43,730 bases of DNA from a virus (Duplodnaviria; Heunggongvirae; Uroviricota; Caudoviricetes), in the IMG/VR virus record IMGVR_UViG_646311924_000020. The stretch is one strand, 5' to 3'. Positions 20,195-30,057 of the stretch are shown piece after piece (position 1 is the stretch's first letter; the number at the start of each line of letters is the position of its first letter). The notes below the pieces were generated by a model that had not been told where the DNA came from, made no database searches, and saw only the letters and a list, made by a program, of their open reading frames with translations. Position numbers and translations under genes: made by a program.

Positions 20195-22393
20195 TTACTG
20201 CTGTGGTTGTTGCTGAGTTGGTTTTTGCAGGATACTGCTGATGTCCATGCGCTGCGCATGGCCCTGTGCCTGACTTTTCAGGACAAGCTCTGCATCAGCA
20301 CGGGCATTGTCTCCTTGCTGTTGCTGGAACTGTCCTAGCAGTTTCAGAGCCTCGCGGATATCAGATTTCTGCTGGCTATCGGCAGATGCGAGGATTTTCA
20401 CAACATTTGCCGCTGCAACCTGAGCATCAGTCTGTGCCTGGAATGCTTTAACCTGAATGGATGCCTGTTCGTTCTGCGCTTTCTGCAATTCAGCCTGACC
20501 AGCAAGAAGCTGACCTTGCGCAGCAACCATAGCCGGATCTGGCTGACTGGCCTGTTGTTGTTTCGCCTGCTCAACCATTTGCTGCTCTTCTGGCGTTCTC
20601 GGCTTGATAACTCCAGACAGAAGCAACTGATTGCGGTTGTATTCTTTAAGGTCGTCCATCCCTTCGCCGTCCATATTGTCGAGAATCATCGACGATACAA
20701 GGTCGTGCTTCGGCGTTCCTGGTGGGATAAGTGCCAGCATGGAAAGTAACGACTTAACCGTTGCGTCACGGCGAGTAGCGAACGACTGACCGACATCGAC
20801 AGTCACTTCATAGTTACCCTGCGAAAGGTCGTTAAGCGCGATAACCTGCCCTGTCTGACGGTCAACCACTTCACCAGTCATCAGCGCCACGTCATCGCTG
20901 CCGTCCTCATTAACGATACGCATCGGCGTATCACTGCCATAGACTTCACGAGCCATAGAAAGCCACACGACGCCAGCGCGGCGCATGGATTTAGCCATAT
21001 TGTCCATGTAGATATAGGACTGCGTGTCCATCCGGTTAAAGATGCTATCAACGGTATCGGTGGCGACGTTGCTCGGCATGTTCTCAAGCTGCGACGCACC
21101 TGTAATTTGCTGAATAGCCGTTCCGGTGTACTGCAATAGCCCGGCAAGAGCAGGAGGCATTTGTGTCGGAGGTGTATAACTGCTGACCTGAGCCTGCGCA
21201 GTAATATCTCCGTTTTTGTTTTTCAGACTGACCATCGGCAGGAACGCCGGGCGCTTTTTGTTGCGCTCCGCCCAATGAGTGGCGAGAGGACCAGGAATCA
21301 TGTCAACATCAACTACAGGAATGCCATCACCGCCAGCCTGAGTAGCGTTATCTGCAATCATGGAAACCATCAGGTTCTCAAGACGCTGTGCATCCATCGC
21401 TTTTGCTGCGTGACCTTCGATTCGCTCCTGATTATCAACAAATGAGCGACGCCCATATACCGGGATGAGAGGAATATGTTCGCCCGGAATACGCTTCGGT
21501 TCTTCCAGCCATTCAGCGCCAGACAGAAGACCGCAATAAACTCGGCGTTTCTTCACTGTCCGCTCACCAATCAGTTCGAATGCGCCATCGGTCAGCTCGT
21601 CGACAATATCTTTGATTTGATCTTCATCATAGATTGCCGTTTCTCCGCTAACAGGGTTACGCCATGCTGTGAGCTTCACCTTCTCTATGCGAACTTCGTA
21701 GTAGCGTCCAACATAGATGGCATCGGGCGTTGACCAGTCATACTGAGTACCAGTGTCATCACGAGAAAGGCTTGCCGCGATGGAATCAGGGTATTCAGCT
21801 TCGAACGCTTTAGGCGTCATGGAGAACATTTCCATAGCCCACATAGCATCAGAGCGGTCATATTGCTTGCTGTCCTGATCGAAGAAGACGCATGTCGCTG
21901 GGTCGTAAACAGGGAGAAGGCTTATACGGCGTTGCTCGTTACTCGGATCCATTTCATCTTCGTAATCGGCACACATGCGGAAACAACCGAATCCGCCCGT
22001 TACAGCATCATCAAATGCGTTATCACACGCTTCACCACCGGATGTTTCCTGATAGTCAGCGCGGAATTTACCATTCATCTTTTCGGCTAACGCTTCCGAT
22101 GCCTTATCGTCCTTCGGCCTGAATTTAACGCTGATGCGATTCTGTCGATACTCGCCAATGATGCGATCACATTCACGGGCAATCTTATTCAGTTCAAAGC
22201 GCGGGTAATGCTCAAACCTGCCTTCATCAAATGAGTAACCAGCGTTTGTGCTGCCTTCCCACTGTGCGCCGGATACCCGGACGAAACGTTGAGCCTCAAT
22301 AATCTGCTCACGCATATCCTGCGTTGCTGACCAGGCATTATCAAAGTTGCACAGCACCTTGCGATGCCAGTCAGTCATCTTTTTTTCTGCCAT
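20195..22393 (-). CDS. portal protein, P22 gp1-like
   Basis: 732 aa; conserved blocks shared with the recalled P22 portal (IPGEHIPLIPVYG, KPRTPEEQQMVEQAKQQQASQPDPAMVAAQGQLLAGQAELQKAQN, DNARADAELVLK, HAQRMDI). Confidence 0.9.
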   Translation of the reverse strand: MAEKKMTDWHRKVLCNFDNAWSATQDMREQIIEAQRFVRVSGAQWEGSTNAGYSFDEGRFEHYPRFELNKIARECDRIIGEYRQNRISVKFRPKDDKASEALAEKMNGKFRADYQETSGGEACDNAFDDAVTGGFGCFRMCADYEDEMDPSNEQRRISLLPVYDPATCVFFDQDSKQYDRSDAMWAMEMFSMTPKAFEAEYPDSIAASLSRDDTGTQYDWSTPDAIYVGRYYEVRIEKVKLTAWRNPVSGETAIYDEDQIKDIVDELTDGAFELIGERTVKKRRVYCGLLSGAEWLEEPKRIPGEHIPLIPVYGRRSFVDNQERIEGHAAKAMDAQRLENLMVSMIADNATQAGGDGIPVVDVDMIPGPLATHWAERNKKRPAFLPMVSLKNKNGDITAQAQVSSYTPPTQMPPALAGLLQYTGTAIQQITGASQLENMPSNVATDTVDSIFNRMDTQSYIYMDNMAKSMRRAGVVWLSMAREVYGSDTPMRIVNEDGSDDVALMTGEVVDRQTGQVIALNDLSQGNYEVTVDVGQSFATRRDATVKSLLSMLALIPPGTPKHDLVSSMILDNMDGEGMDDLKEYNRNQLLLSGVIKPRTPEEQQMVEQAKQQQASQPDPAMVAAQGQLLAGQAELQKAQNEQASIQVKAFQAQTDAQVAAANVVKILASADSQQKSDIREALKLLGQFQQQQGDNARADAELVLKSQAQGHAQRMDISSILQKPTQQQPQQ

Positions 22394-22394
22394 A

Positions 22395-23810
22395 TCAACC
22401 TACACCACAAGGAATTGAGTAACTGGAATAGTCGGGTTGCGCAGCCGACTCCGGGCAATGCATACACATCATCAGCGCATCAGCCAGGTTAGGAGATGGA
22501 ATACCGAGCTTCTGCTTCATTTCGACCTTAGTCATTAGCTCAAGCTTCCCGTTGTTATTGAATTTGCGCTGAATCTGCGTCAGTTCTGCAAACAGCTTCT
22601 CCAGCATCTTCTCGCCTATCGCTTCTTTGTCGAAACTCAGCATGTCGTCGGGGTCTGCATACTCACCGTGAACAACCGCCCGATATGTCAGATACAGCCT
22701 ATCAGCCAGTGCGTAATAGAATTGCGCTCGCTTATTGCGGAAAACATCGCCAATAGTGCGAACGTTGTCACCCTGTACGACTTCATCAGCCCATGCTCCG
22801 GCCTGATACGGCGCGTCTTCATCGAATGGCGATTCGCTGCCCTTGAACATCGTGGCGGTGATTTTCTTGCCGGAGAACGCTTCCGTTGTCTGTCTGCGTA
22901 GCCCTGCACCGACACCATCGCCATCCCACAGGTAATGATCAGCGCCGTCTTCAATCGCCAGCGAAGTAGCCCAGTCAGCACCCTCGTTGATGTCCATCAG
23001 CAGACCTTCGGCAATGCGCTTAACCACCGAACCGTGACGCGATGCATAACCTTTAGCATCCGGTCCTGTATCTGACGGGTCATGCGCAGAGACAACAGCG
23101 CCTTTCGCCTTCCATCCGAGTTTCTTGTGCGCATCGGTTGCGGCTTCAAGCCATTCACGTTTGATGATTGCCATATCACTTGCGCTTACTGGCTCACCAA
23201 GCCAGATGTGACGATACAGTGTCGGATTTCTGCGTTTGCACTCTTCCATCTCCAGACGGAGAACTTCAGGAAAGTGCGGGTTGTCGGTGTAGTTCACCGT
23301 CAGCAGGCAAATATCATCGGGAGGATTTACAACGAATCGCTGATAGGTATCGTCGAGGATGTTTTTCGGGTTAAAGCTCACCCATATTTCAGAGAACGGC
23401 TTACGGATGGTCGGTATCAGGATATCCCATGATTCCTTCGTTACCGCTTCCGCTTCTTCCACCCAGCAGATATCAATACCTTCGAGCGATTTAATCTTCG
23501 TCGGGTTGTTTTTTATGCCGTAGAACATGAATTCAGCATTCGTTCCGAGATGACGAATCATTGAACGCTGAATTTCAAACTCAGCCGAATACCCTTCCCG
23601 CTCTATGGTGTCTTCAAGCAACCGGATTACCGAATCACTGATACTGTTTTGCAGTTCACGAGCACAGAGGATGCGCACCGGCTGCCGACGCGCCGCTTCA
23701 ACAAGCAGCCTCGCGATTGCCCATGACTTACCGCTACCTCGACCGCCTTTGGCGACTTTGTAGCGATGCGCCTCAATGAACGGTTCAAAGATAGGATTAA
23801 TCGAGGTCAT
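22395..23810 (-). CDS. terminase large subunit
   Basis: 471 aa with Walker A (VAKGGRGSGKSW) and nuclease-domain acidic residues; directly upstream of portal. Confidence 0.9.
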   Translation of the reverse strand: MTSINPIFEPFIEAHRYKVAKGGRGSGKSWAIARLLVEAARRQPVRILCARELQNSISDSVIRLLEDTIEREGYSAEFEIQRSMIRHLGTNAEFMFYGIKNNPTKIKSLEGIDICWVEEAEAVTKESWDILIPTIRKPFSEIWVSFNPKNILDDTYQRFVVNPPDDICLLTVNYTDNPHFPEVLRLEMEECKRRNPTLYRHIWLGEPVSASDMAIIKREWLEAATDAHKKLGWKAKGAVVSAHDPSDTGPDAKGYASRHGSVVKRIAEGLLMDINEGADWATSLAIEDGADHYLWDGDGVGAGLRRQTTEAFSGKKITATMFKGSESPFDEDAPYQAGAWADEVVQGDNVRTIGDVFRNKRAQFYYALADRLYLTYRAVVHGEYADPDDMLSFDKEAIGEKMLEKLFAELTQIQRKFNNNGKLELMTKVEMKQKLGIPSPNLADALMMCMHCPESAAQPDYSSYSIPCGVG

Positions 23811-24229
23811 TTTCCGAATAGAGTGCTCATCGGTGATGTTTCAATCTGAATTGCGCCGCCGTCCTTACCGACAAGCTCGTTAGTTACCTTGTCGCCATAC
23901 TTACGGGGATTCATTCGGGCCAGCGCCCATTTGCGGGTATCAACGCGAAGTCTTGCCTTTGCCACCTCAGCAGCATCTGGAATCGCATTGTCAGCAATTT
24001 CGAATATCTCTTCGAAAATAGAATCAGCTCGTGCCTCAGTTGCCTTCGCGTACTTGTCGCGAAAATCCTCATGCTTTGCCAACCAGCGGAAAACAGTGGA
24101 CTTATCCGGCATACCAGGACGCTTACATACTTTCAGCAAACTTTCGCCAGAAGAAAGCAACGAGCAGATATCGTCAGCCACCTCCGGCATATAATCAGAG
24201 GGGCGACCAGCTTTTGGTTCAGTCGCCAT
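23807..24229 (-). CDS. terminase small subunit
   Basis: About 140 aa (MATEPKAGRPSDYMPEVADDICSLLSSGESLLKVCKRPGMPDKSTVFRWLAKHEDF...), HTH-containing, directly upstream of large terminase; resembles Sf6-type small terminase as recalled. Confidence 0.8.
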   Translation of the reverse strand: MATEPKAGRPSDYMPEVADDICSLLSSGESLLKVCKRPGMPDKSTVFRWLAKHEDFRDKYAKATEARADSIFEEIFEIADNAIPDAAEVAKARLRVDTRKWALARMNPRKYGDKVTNELVGKDGGAIQIETSPMSTLFGK

Positions 24230-24252
24230 ATTCATCTCACTTAGTTGTTATT

Positions 24253-24431
24253 TCAGGCTGAGGACTCTTTCGCGCCTTCAATCAGTGACTGCTTCAGCAA
24301 TTCGAGTGTGCCAATCGCCTCGCATAAACTGATTTCACCATCGTAATCATGGATGACGCTTTCCAGCCTCTCGTATAGCTCTTGAGTAATTGGGAATTTC
24401 TTCTCCTTACCAAGATCAACGACGCTTGTCA
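24253..24431 (-). CDS. hypothetical protein (59 aa)
   Basis: Small ORF MTSVVDLGKEKKFPITQELYERLESVIHDYDGEISLCEAIGTLELLKQSLIEGAKESSA in the operon strand; below the ORF-track cutoff. Confidence 0.35.
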
Positions 24432-24441
24432 TAGAGGATTC

Positions 24442-24729
24442 CTATAATTTTGAATATCCAGACTCAAATACCTCAGCAGGAGAATATGATTCATATCCAT
24501 CCTCATAGACAACGTAATAGCCTCCAGACATTGGTCGGTGCTTACAGATATATTCCGCGCTAACATCAAATGCTGCGTATTTCTTATCATCCGGATGAAT
24601 AATTGCCCCATAACTAGAAGAGCCAGACTTACCAGGCTGATCTGGGTTTGGCTTATGTTCTATAGAGCCAATCTTCAGGGCGCGAACTTTTTTGTGGCAC
24701 TGGTATCTCGGCATTTCTTGTTCAGTCAT
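24442..24729 (-). CDS. hypothetical protein (95 aa)
   Basis: Operon-strand ORF between Rha and terminase genes; no family recognised. Confidence 0.5.
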   Translation of the reverse strand: MTEQEMPRYQCHKKVRALKIGSIEHKPNPDQPGKSGSSSYGAIIHPDDKKYAAFDVSAEYICKHRPMSGGYYVVYEDGYESYSPAEVFESGYSKL

Positions 24730-24732
24730 CTC

Positions 24733-24975
24733 TTACACTCCGGTAGTGAACAGGTCTAACGCTTCCTTCGATTTACGCACCGCTTCGATAGTGCGGGTCG
24801 TGATATCTGAATTAGCGCCACCTGACTGGAAGTGAATTTTGAATAGCTCAAGCTTCAGTTCGTCAGTGCCAATGAATTGAAATGCTTCTTCTGCGGCTGC
24901 GTTCTGGTTCATGACCAGTTTGTAAATCTCTAACTGGAATTTCTGTTCTTCAGTCATGGGAATAATCTCTGCCAT
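24733..24975 (-). CDS. hypothetical protein (80 aa)
   Basis: Operon-strand ORF with 3 nt spacing to the next gene. Confidence 0.5.
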   Translation of the reverse strand: MAEIIPMTEEQKFQLEIYKLVMNQNAAAEEAFQFIGTDELKLELFKIHFQSGGANSDITTRTIEAVRKSKEALDLFTTGV

Positions 24976-25078
24976 TGTTGGCTCCGTTTATCCGTTAAAA
25001 GGGATATCAGTTAAGTTATCCCGTGTAGGGTATAAGCCATTGTCAAAGCCACTCTGTAGGGAATGGCTTTTGTAATAA

Positions 25079-25459
25079 CTACTGTTCGCTTAGCTTCTGC
25101 TTCAGCAAGTAACCTTCGAGCATCCAGATTTTGTTTACAGCATTCTGCCGAGCAATCTTCCGACCAATTTCTGCATCAAAGTTTCCCTGGCTTGCACAGG
25201 CACTCTCTCCGGTGACGGTGAAGCCATTCTTCAGCACCAGTACGCAGAAAGTGAGCAACTTCAATGGTGATAAATCACGATCGCCTTCCTCTGGTTTTTC
25301 CCTGCCACAATATTCGTTGCTGGAAATGGCACCATTTCGTCCATCATAAGCAGTAAAGTAATGCTCGCTTTTAATCACGTCTTCGATGTGCTGCGGGGTG
25401 ATTCGCGGTTCCGTTTTGCCTTTCTCAACGATTTCTTTTTCGATTTGCTGGTCGTTCAT
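25079..25459 (-). CDS. hypothetical protein (126 aa)
   Basis: Operon-strand ORF MNDQQIEKEIVEKGKTEPRITPQHIEDVIKSEHYFTAYDG...; no family confidently recognised. Confidence 0.5.
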   Translation of the reverse strand: MNDQQIEKEIVEKGKTEPRITPQHIEDVIKSEHYFTAYDGRNGAISSNEYCGREKPEEGDRDLSPLKLLTFCVLVLKNGFTVTGESACASQGNFDAEIGRKIARQNAVNKIWMLEGYLLKQKLSEQ

Positions 25460-25690
25460 AATTATGACCCTGTGGAGTGGTTGCTTGATTAGGATGTCTT
25501 TCCATCAGTCCGCCACCACAAAGAATCTTTTTTGCCATAAGGCAGGAGGTTCATCTTTCAGTGGCTGCCAGTGTTATTTCCCCACTTACTGGCTTGGGTT
25601 GTTTCGCTGTACTGCCGTTAATTAGTGACCAGAAATTAACTCCGGTTTCATTATCAAGCCCACCCGTAGATAGGCTTTGTAATGACATCT

Positions 25691-26173
25691 TCAATTAATC
25701 AGCAGTTCAGGCTGTGTCACCTGCAAGATGTATTCATGCTCGACAGCCAGGACGCGCTTCTCTTTCTTCCGTTCGTTCATTAACCGACTGCCGATCGTAC
25801 CTTTCAGCTTTGAGCGTGTTTCTTTGATGGCGTAGCGGTGCTGCATTTCTTCGCCAATTGCCATGCGGCGGCTCAGTTGCTCTGCCATCCAGTTGAATGC
25901 TGCGATATAGCTCTCCTTGATTGCCGCAGCAGCTTTCCCGGTGAACCCCATCACAACCATGATCCAGCCATCTTTCGTCAGGCTGTACATCGGGCGAACC
26001 TTGCCCTGCTCATCGATATAATCAGCCGACGCAAAATTGCGTTGGCTAAACTCACGTGAGCAATCAGCCTTAACCTGCTCGATTTTCCTGAGAACATCAC
26101 CGTGTCGCTTGCCGAAGTACTTGGCAATTTTTCTGGATGTGGTAACGACCTCTCCGTTTTTGGCTTGCACCAT
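25691..26173 (-). CDS. rha: Rha-family phage regulatory protein
   Basis: 160 aa; N-terminal SRKIAKYFGKRHGDVLRKIEQ... pattern typical of the Rha domain; located between lysis and packaging genes. Confidence 0.7.
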   Translation of the reverse strand: MVQAKNGEVVTTSRKIAKYFGKRHGDVLRKIEQVKADCSREFSQRNFASADYIDEQGKVRPMYSLTKDGWIMVVMGFTGKAAAAIKESYIAAFNWMAEQLSRRMAIGEEMQHRYAIKETRSKLKGTIGSRLMNERKKEKRVLAVEHEYILQVTQPELLIN

Positions 26174-26357
26174 TCTCGGAAGTCGAAGGCTGGAATAACT
26201 GAATGATTATTCATAGCGTCTTTACCTTTTAGAAAGTGAGCCTGTCTCACAGAAAAGCCGCCCGAGAGAGGTCGCCACCTATAACGGCATTTCTCAGGCT
26301 CGCTTACTGAAAGGCTCTCGTTAATATGCGCGTGAGATGCGCGTTTACTGCGGACAT

Positions 26358-26382
26358 AAAAAAGCCCCGCTTTTCGCGAGGC
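26358..26382 (-). terminator. intrinsic terminator downstream of Rz
   Basis: Minus-strand hairpin GCCUCGC-GAAAA-GCGGGGC (one U-G pair) followed by UUUUUU. Confidence 0.5.
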
Positions 26383-26414
26383 TCATTAAATGGACTTTGT
26401 GGTTTGCAAAAAAA

Positions 26415-26852
26415 TTATTTCAGGCACTGAGTCCTGATGTACTCCTGCAGGTAGTTAACCTGCGCGGTTATCCTGTCGATTCCACTTCGGAGACGGTAAT
26501 AATTGAGTTCAGCATCTGCTGTAAGTCTTGGGCTTTCTCCATCGCCCATGCTGCTGGCTCCGGTCGTTGACTTTGCACAGGTGGCGGCGACTTGCAGGCG
26601 CTTACGACCAGCAGAAACATCAGCACGGAGACTTTCGATAGTCGCGTTAGCATCAGCAAGCTCCTTTGTGTATCTGGCGTCGAGTTCTGCTACATCACGT
26701 TGACGCTTCTGCATATCAGCGATGATGGATGTGGCTTTATCGCGCTGCTCTTTGTAGGTCATGGCGTTATCACGGTAATGATTAACAGCCCATGACAGGC
26801 AGACGATGATGCAGATAACCAGAGCGGAGATAATCGCGGTTACTCTGCTCAT
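26415..26852 (-). CDS. Rz: spanin, inner-membrane subunit Rz
   Basis: 145 aa, N-terminal transmembrane segment then coiled-coil; follows endolysin with ATGA overlap. Confidence 0.85.
   Translation of the reverse strand: MSRVTAIISALVICIIVCLSWAVNHYRDNAMTYKEQRDKATSIIADMQKRQRDVAELDARYTKELADANATIESLRADVSAGRKRLQVAATCAKSTTGASSMGDGESPRLTADAELNYYRLRSGIDRITAQVNYLQEYIRTQCLK
26468..26659 (-). CDS. Rz1: spanin, outer-membrane lipoprotein Rz1 (embedded in Rz, +1 frame)
   Basis: 63 aa with lipobox LVVSAC and Pro-rich mature part, entirely within Rz in another frame. Confidence 0.6.
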   Translation of the reverse strand: MLMLTRLSKVSVLMFLLVVSACKSPPPVQSQRPEPAAWAMEKAQDLQQMLNSIITVSEVESTG

Positions 26853-27325
26853 ACCTCAATCTCTCTGACCGTTCCGCCTGCTTCTTTGAATTTTGCAATC
26901 AGGTTGTCAGCCTTATGCTCGAACTGACCATAACCAGCGCCCGGCAGTGAAGCCCAGATATTGCTGCAACGGTCAATTGCCTGACGAATATCACCGCGAT
27001 CAATCATCGGTAAAGCGCCACGCTCCTTAATCTGCTGCAGCGCAACAGCGTCCTGGCTTTTTGGAGAGAAGTCTTTCAGGCCAAGCTGATTACGGTAGAC
27101 ATCCCACCAACGGGAAAGAAGCTGGTAACGTCCAGCGGCTGTTGATTTGAGTTTTGGGTTTAGCGTGACCAGTTTGCGAGGGTGATCGGAGTAATCGGTA
27201 AATAGCTCTCCGCCTACAATGACGTCATAACCATGATTTCTGGTTTTCTGACGTCCGTTATCAGTTCCCTCCGACCACGCCAGCATATCGAGGAACGCCT
27301 TACGTTGATTATTGATTTCCACCAT
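26849..27325 (-). CDS. R: endolysin, lambda R-type lytic transglycosylase
   Basis: 158 aa [51 protein letters not shown]..., nearly identical to recalled lambda R. Confidence 0.95.
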   Translation of the reverse strand: MVEINNQRKAFLDMLAWSEGTDNGRQKTRNHGYDVIVGGELFTDYSDHPRKLVTLNPKLKSTAAGRYQLLSRWWDVYRNQLGLKDFSPKSQDAVALQQIKERGALPMIDRGDIRQAIDRCSNIWASLPGAGYGQFEHKADNLIAKFKEAGGTVREIEV

Positions 27326-27632
27326 CTTCTACTCCGGCTTTTTTAGCAGCGAAGCGTTTGATAAGCGAACCAATCGAGTCAGTACCGATGTAGCCGATGA
27401 ACACGCTCGTTATATAAGCGAGATTGCTACTTAGTCCGGCGAAGTCGAGAAGGTCACGAATGAACCAGGCGATAATGGCGCACATCGTTGCGTCGATTAC
27501 TGTTTTTGTAAACGCACCGCCATTATATCTGCCGCGAAGGTACGCCATTGCAAACGCAAGGATTGCCCCGATGCCTTGTTCCTTTGCCGCGAGAATGGCG
27601 GCTAACAGGTCATGTTTTTCTGGCATCTTCAT
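27309..27632 (-). CDS. S: holin, lambda S-type (dual-start S107/S105)
   Basis: 107 aa [64 protein letters not shown]..., nearly identical to recalled lambda S. Confidence 0.95.
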   Translation of the reverse strand: MKMPEKHDLLAAILAAKEQGIGAILAFAMAYLRGRYNGGAFTKTVIDATMCAIIAWFIRDLLDFAGLSSNLAYITSVFIGYIGTDSIGSLIKRFAAKKAGVEDGGNQ

Positions 27633-27752
27633 GTCTTACCCCCAATAAGGGGATTTGCTCTATTTAATTAGGAATAAGGTCGATTACTGATAGAACAAAT
27701 CCAGGCTACTGTGTTTAGTAATCAGATTTGTTCGTGACCGATATGCACGGGC

Positions 27753-27787
27753 AAAACGGCAGGAGGTTGTTAGCGCAGCCTCCTGCC
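27753..27787 (-). terminator. candidate terminator between tRNAs and holin gene (tR'-like)
   Basis: Minus-strand hairpin with 9 bp stem (GGCAGGAGG/CCUCCUGCC, 12 nt loop) followed by GUUUUGCC; the U-run is short. Confidence 0.4.
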
Positions 27788-27874
27788 ACCCGCTTTCACG
27801 AAGATCATGTGTAGAAGGCCGCAGCGTAACTATCACTGATGAGTTCAGGATAGCCAGTGGCTACGGCTCAGTTA

Positions 27875-27950
27875 TGGTGCTGGTTAACGGACTTGAACCG
27901 CTACCCATTCGCTTACAAGGCGACTGCTCTACCATTGGAGCTAAACCAGC
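27875..27950 (-). tRNA. tRNA-Thr (anticodon UGU)
   Basis: 76 nt cloverleaf folded by hand: acceptor GCTGGTT/AACCAGC, D-arm GCTC/GAGC, anticodon loop CTTGTAA, T-arm with TTCAAGT loop, discriminator A, encoded CCA. Confidence 0.75.
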
Positions 27951-27955
27951 ATATT

Positions 27956-28030
27956 TGGCGGGACAGCGTGGACTCGAACCACGATAAGAAGGTTAACAGC
28001 CTTCCGTAATGACCTTTATACGACTGACCC
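27956..28030 (-). tRNA. tRNA-Asn-like (anticodon GUU), non-canonical, possibly pseudo-tRNA
   Basis: 75 nt: anticodon stem GAAGG/CCTTC with loop CTGTTAA, T-arm CGTGG-TTCGAGT-CCACG, encoded CCA; but acceptor stem has a T-T mismatch and the D-stem is only 3 bp. Confidence 0.55.
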
Positions 28031-28093
28031 AAATAAAAAAAGCCACCGTTGCAACTTAAGAGTCACTAACGGCAGCTTACCTTCTAATTATGG

Positions 28094-28612
28094 CTAAATG
28101 GATAATTGCATGTCAAGGCTTTTAACAGCAACATGCTTAACTTTCTCAACACGTTTACGCATTTTGAAAGCATTTTGCATTGGCTGGTACAAAACAAATA
28201 ACGACGCTTTCAGGATGTCGTCAATTTCGTTTCTACAGGTTGCCATTGAAGGTTTTCTCCATCCCTCGCCACTACGCCCACACATCTTGCGTGGCTTTGC
28301 AGTCGCGTGATAGTAGGATGCAATTGCTCGCTTAGATGAACCATGAGCGTAGTAGCTGAGGAGGATGCCAAAGGCTCTCTTGTCAATGTACATGACGGAA
28401 TCGACGACCTGAGAAATCAACATTCCATCATCATCATTACACATTGGCCTTGTCATAACTCTTCCCGGCTCTACGCTCTCCATGAACTTCGCTATTACGC
28501 TGCTCATACGCTTTTCCAGACGACCTGAATAAACCCATGCGCCCCACAGTTCAAGCCAGCCATTCAGCCACTCATGCTGTTCTTTGGTGAGGTTTAGTTC
28601 TCTTATGCCCAC
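28094..28612 (-). CDS. Q: late-gene antiterminator Q (Phage_antitermQ family)
   Basis: 172 aa with [21 protein letters not shown] and ILLSYY blocks resembling the recalled QuuD/Q21-type proteins; sits between the phosphatase gene and the lysis cassette. Confidence 0.7.
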   Translation of the reverse strand: MGIRELNLTKEQHEWLNGWLELWGAWVYSGRLEKRMSSVIAKFMESVEPGRVMTRPMCNDDDGMLISQVVDSVMYIDKRAFGILLSYYAHGSSKRAIASYYHATAKPRKMCGRSGEGWRKPSMATCRNEIDDILKASLFVLYQPMQNAFKMRKRVEKVKHVAVKSLDMQLSI

Positions 28613-29274
28613 GCGCCTTCTCCCTGTACCTGAATCAATGTGAGATTTCCGCAGAACACTGCGCCGGTATCGATATACATCTGGTTGGCAAATTTGAGTG
28701 GTTTCACTGCTGGCGTATGACCAAAGATGAACGTGTCCGCGCCTTTAATTTCTTTCACGATCCCGTCTTGTGAGTTGCTGATTCGTTTGCGGTTCCAGAT
28801 TACCTGCTGATGATCAACTGGCTTTCCAAACTCGTATTCGTCAAAGGGATAATCGGCGTGGCAGATAACATATTTTTTATCTTTGCTCACCAGTTCGATG
28901 ATTAACGGAAGTTCTTCTGCTTTATGGGCAAGAGCTTTAGCCAGAATTTCTTTGTCGTAATCGAGATTAAAGAACCAGCCACCGCCATTAAGCAGCCAGT
29001 GATTGACGTTTCCACGCTCTGATAAGCCATCAATCATCATTTGCTCATGGTTTCCACGTACAGCTCTGAACCAGGGGAATGTGATTAATTCCAGACATTC
29101 GACGTTCTCTGTACCGCGATCAACCAAATCGCCCACCGAGATAAGCAGGTCTTTTTTGGTGTCGAATCCTATCGTCTCCAGTTTTTTCATCAGGTTCGTG
29201 TAGCATCCGTGCAGATCGCCAACTACCCAAATATTTCGGTATTTGCTGCCATCAATTTTTTCGTAATAGCGCAT
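28603..29274 (-). CDS. Ser/Thr protein phosphatase (lambda NinI/orf221-like)
   Basis: Metallophosphatase motifs GDLHGC, GDLVDRG, GNHE; start placed at ATG 29274 ([23 protein letters not shown]) as in lambda orf221. Confidence 0.85.
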   Translation of the reverse strand: MRYYEKIDGSKYRNIWVVGDLHGCYTNLMKKLETIGFDTKKDLLISVGDLVDRGTENVECLELITFPWFRAVRGNHEQMMIDGLSERGNVNHWLLNGGGWFFNLDYDKEILAKALAHKAEELPLIIELVSKDKKYVICHADYPFDEYEFGKPVDHQQVIWNRKRISNSQDGIVKEIKGADTFIFGHTPAVKPLKFANQMYIDTGAVFCGNLTLIQVQGEGAWA

Positions 29275-29458
29275 CTCTTTCACTCCATCCGCGATGAACC
29301 ATGAGAACGTCGTTGACGATGGCGTGCATTTTCCCGTCTTTATCATCAACGTATTTTCTGACCGTACCGCGACTACATTTCAGTCTGCGTGCTACTTCTG
29401 TCTGGTTTCCGTATGCTTCAACGAGCATGTCTGGAATGGTTTTTACTGAGAACGTCAT
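29252..29458 (-). CDS. ninH: NinH
   Basis: 68 aa [68 protein letters not shown], matches recalled lambda NinH. Confidence 0.9.
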   Translation of the reverse strand: MTFSVKTIPDMLVEAYGNQTEVARRLKCSRGTVRKYVDDKDGKMHAIVNDVLMVHRGWSERDALLRKN

Positions 29459-30057
29459 GCGGCCTCACTTCTGCTATTTCGCAGGTCTTTGAGTTTCTGT
29501 TGGTACTCTGCCTTGATCGCCTTGCACTCTTCGACAGTCCAGCGATGGCGGCTATGGTTTGATTCGATTTCGTCTACTGCTTCCTGCCCGATGCGGTTAA
29601 TCAGTTCGACGCGATACGGAACGAGATTTCCGCTTTTGTGCTGGTTGCACACCACGCATTGCTTGTGAATATTGCGTTCATCAAATCGGAGTTGAGGTGC
29701 CGCAGCAGTTGTCCGGTAATGTCCGGCATCCCACTGAGCAGACGTGAGCGTTCCGCACGAGATACATGGTAAGTCGCGGTCTCTTTCTCTGATGAAGGCG
29801 TTTACGGCTTGTTGGGCTTGTTTAATCCAGTAACTGCGGGGCTTTAAGGCGAGTTTTCGAATCTTAAGTTTATCTTTCTGTTTCTGCTCCTCTCGTCGTC
29901 GTTTCTTCTCTGCTGCTTTTTCCGCTTTTTCGCGTTCTTTGCTTCGTCGTTCGAGTGCTATCTTGGTTCCACAAATCTCATTACACCAATATTGATTTTG
30001 ATATTTTGGTATAAACCATTCATTGCAACATTTACATTTCCTTCGATAGATTCGCAT
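29455..30057 (-). CDS. ninG: NinG (Rap-like recombination protein)
   Basis: From ATG 30057 ([15 protein letters not shown]...) the product matches recalled lambda NinG over most of its length ([18 protein letters not shown]...[20 protein letters not shown]...[10 protein letters not shown]...); the N-terminal ~30 codons are AT-rich and diverged. Confidence 0.85.
   Translation of the reverse strand: MRIYRRKCKCCNEWFIPKYQNQYWCNEICGTKIALERRSKEREKAEKAAEKKRRREEQKQKDKLKIRKLALKPRSYWIKQAQQAVNAFIRERDRDLPCISCGTLTSAQWDAGHYRTTAAAPQLRFDERNIHKQCVVCNQHKSGNLVPYRVELINRIGQEAVDEIESNHSRHRWTVEECKAIKAEYQQKLKDLRNSRSEAA

Noticed and set aside
27633-27874. Possible Shiga toxin or other cargo between the tRNAs and holin gene
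   Set aside because: Only about 240 bp of non-coding DNA with a terminator-like hairpin; no ORF fits there.
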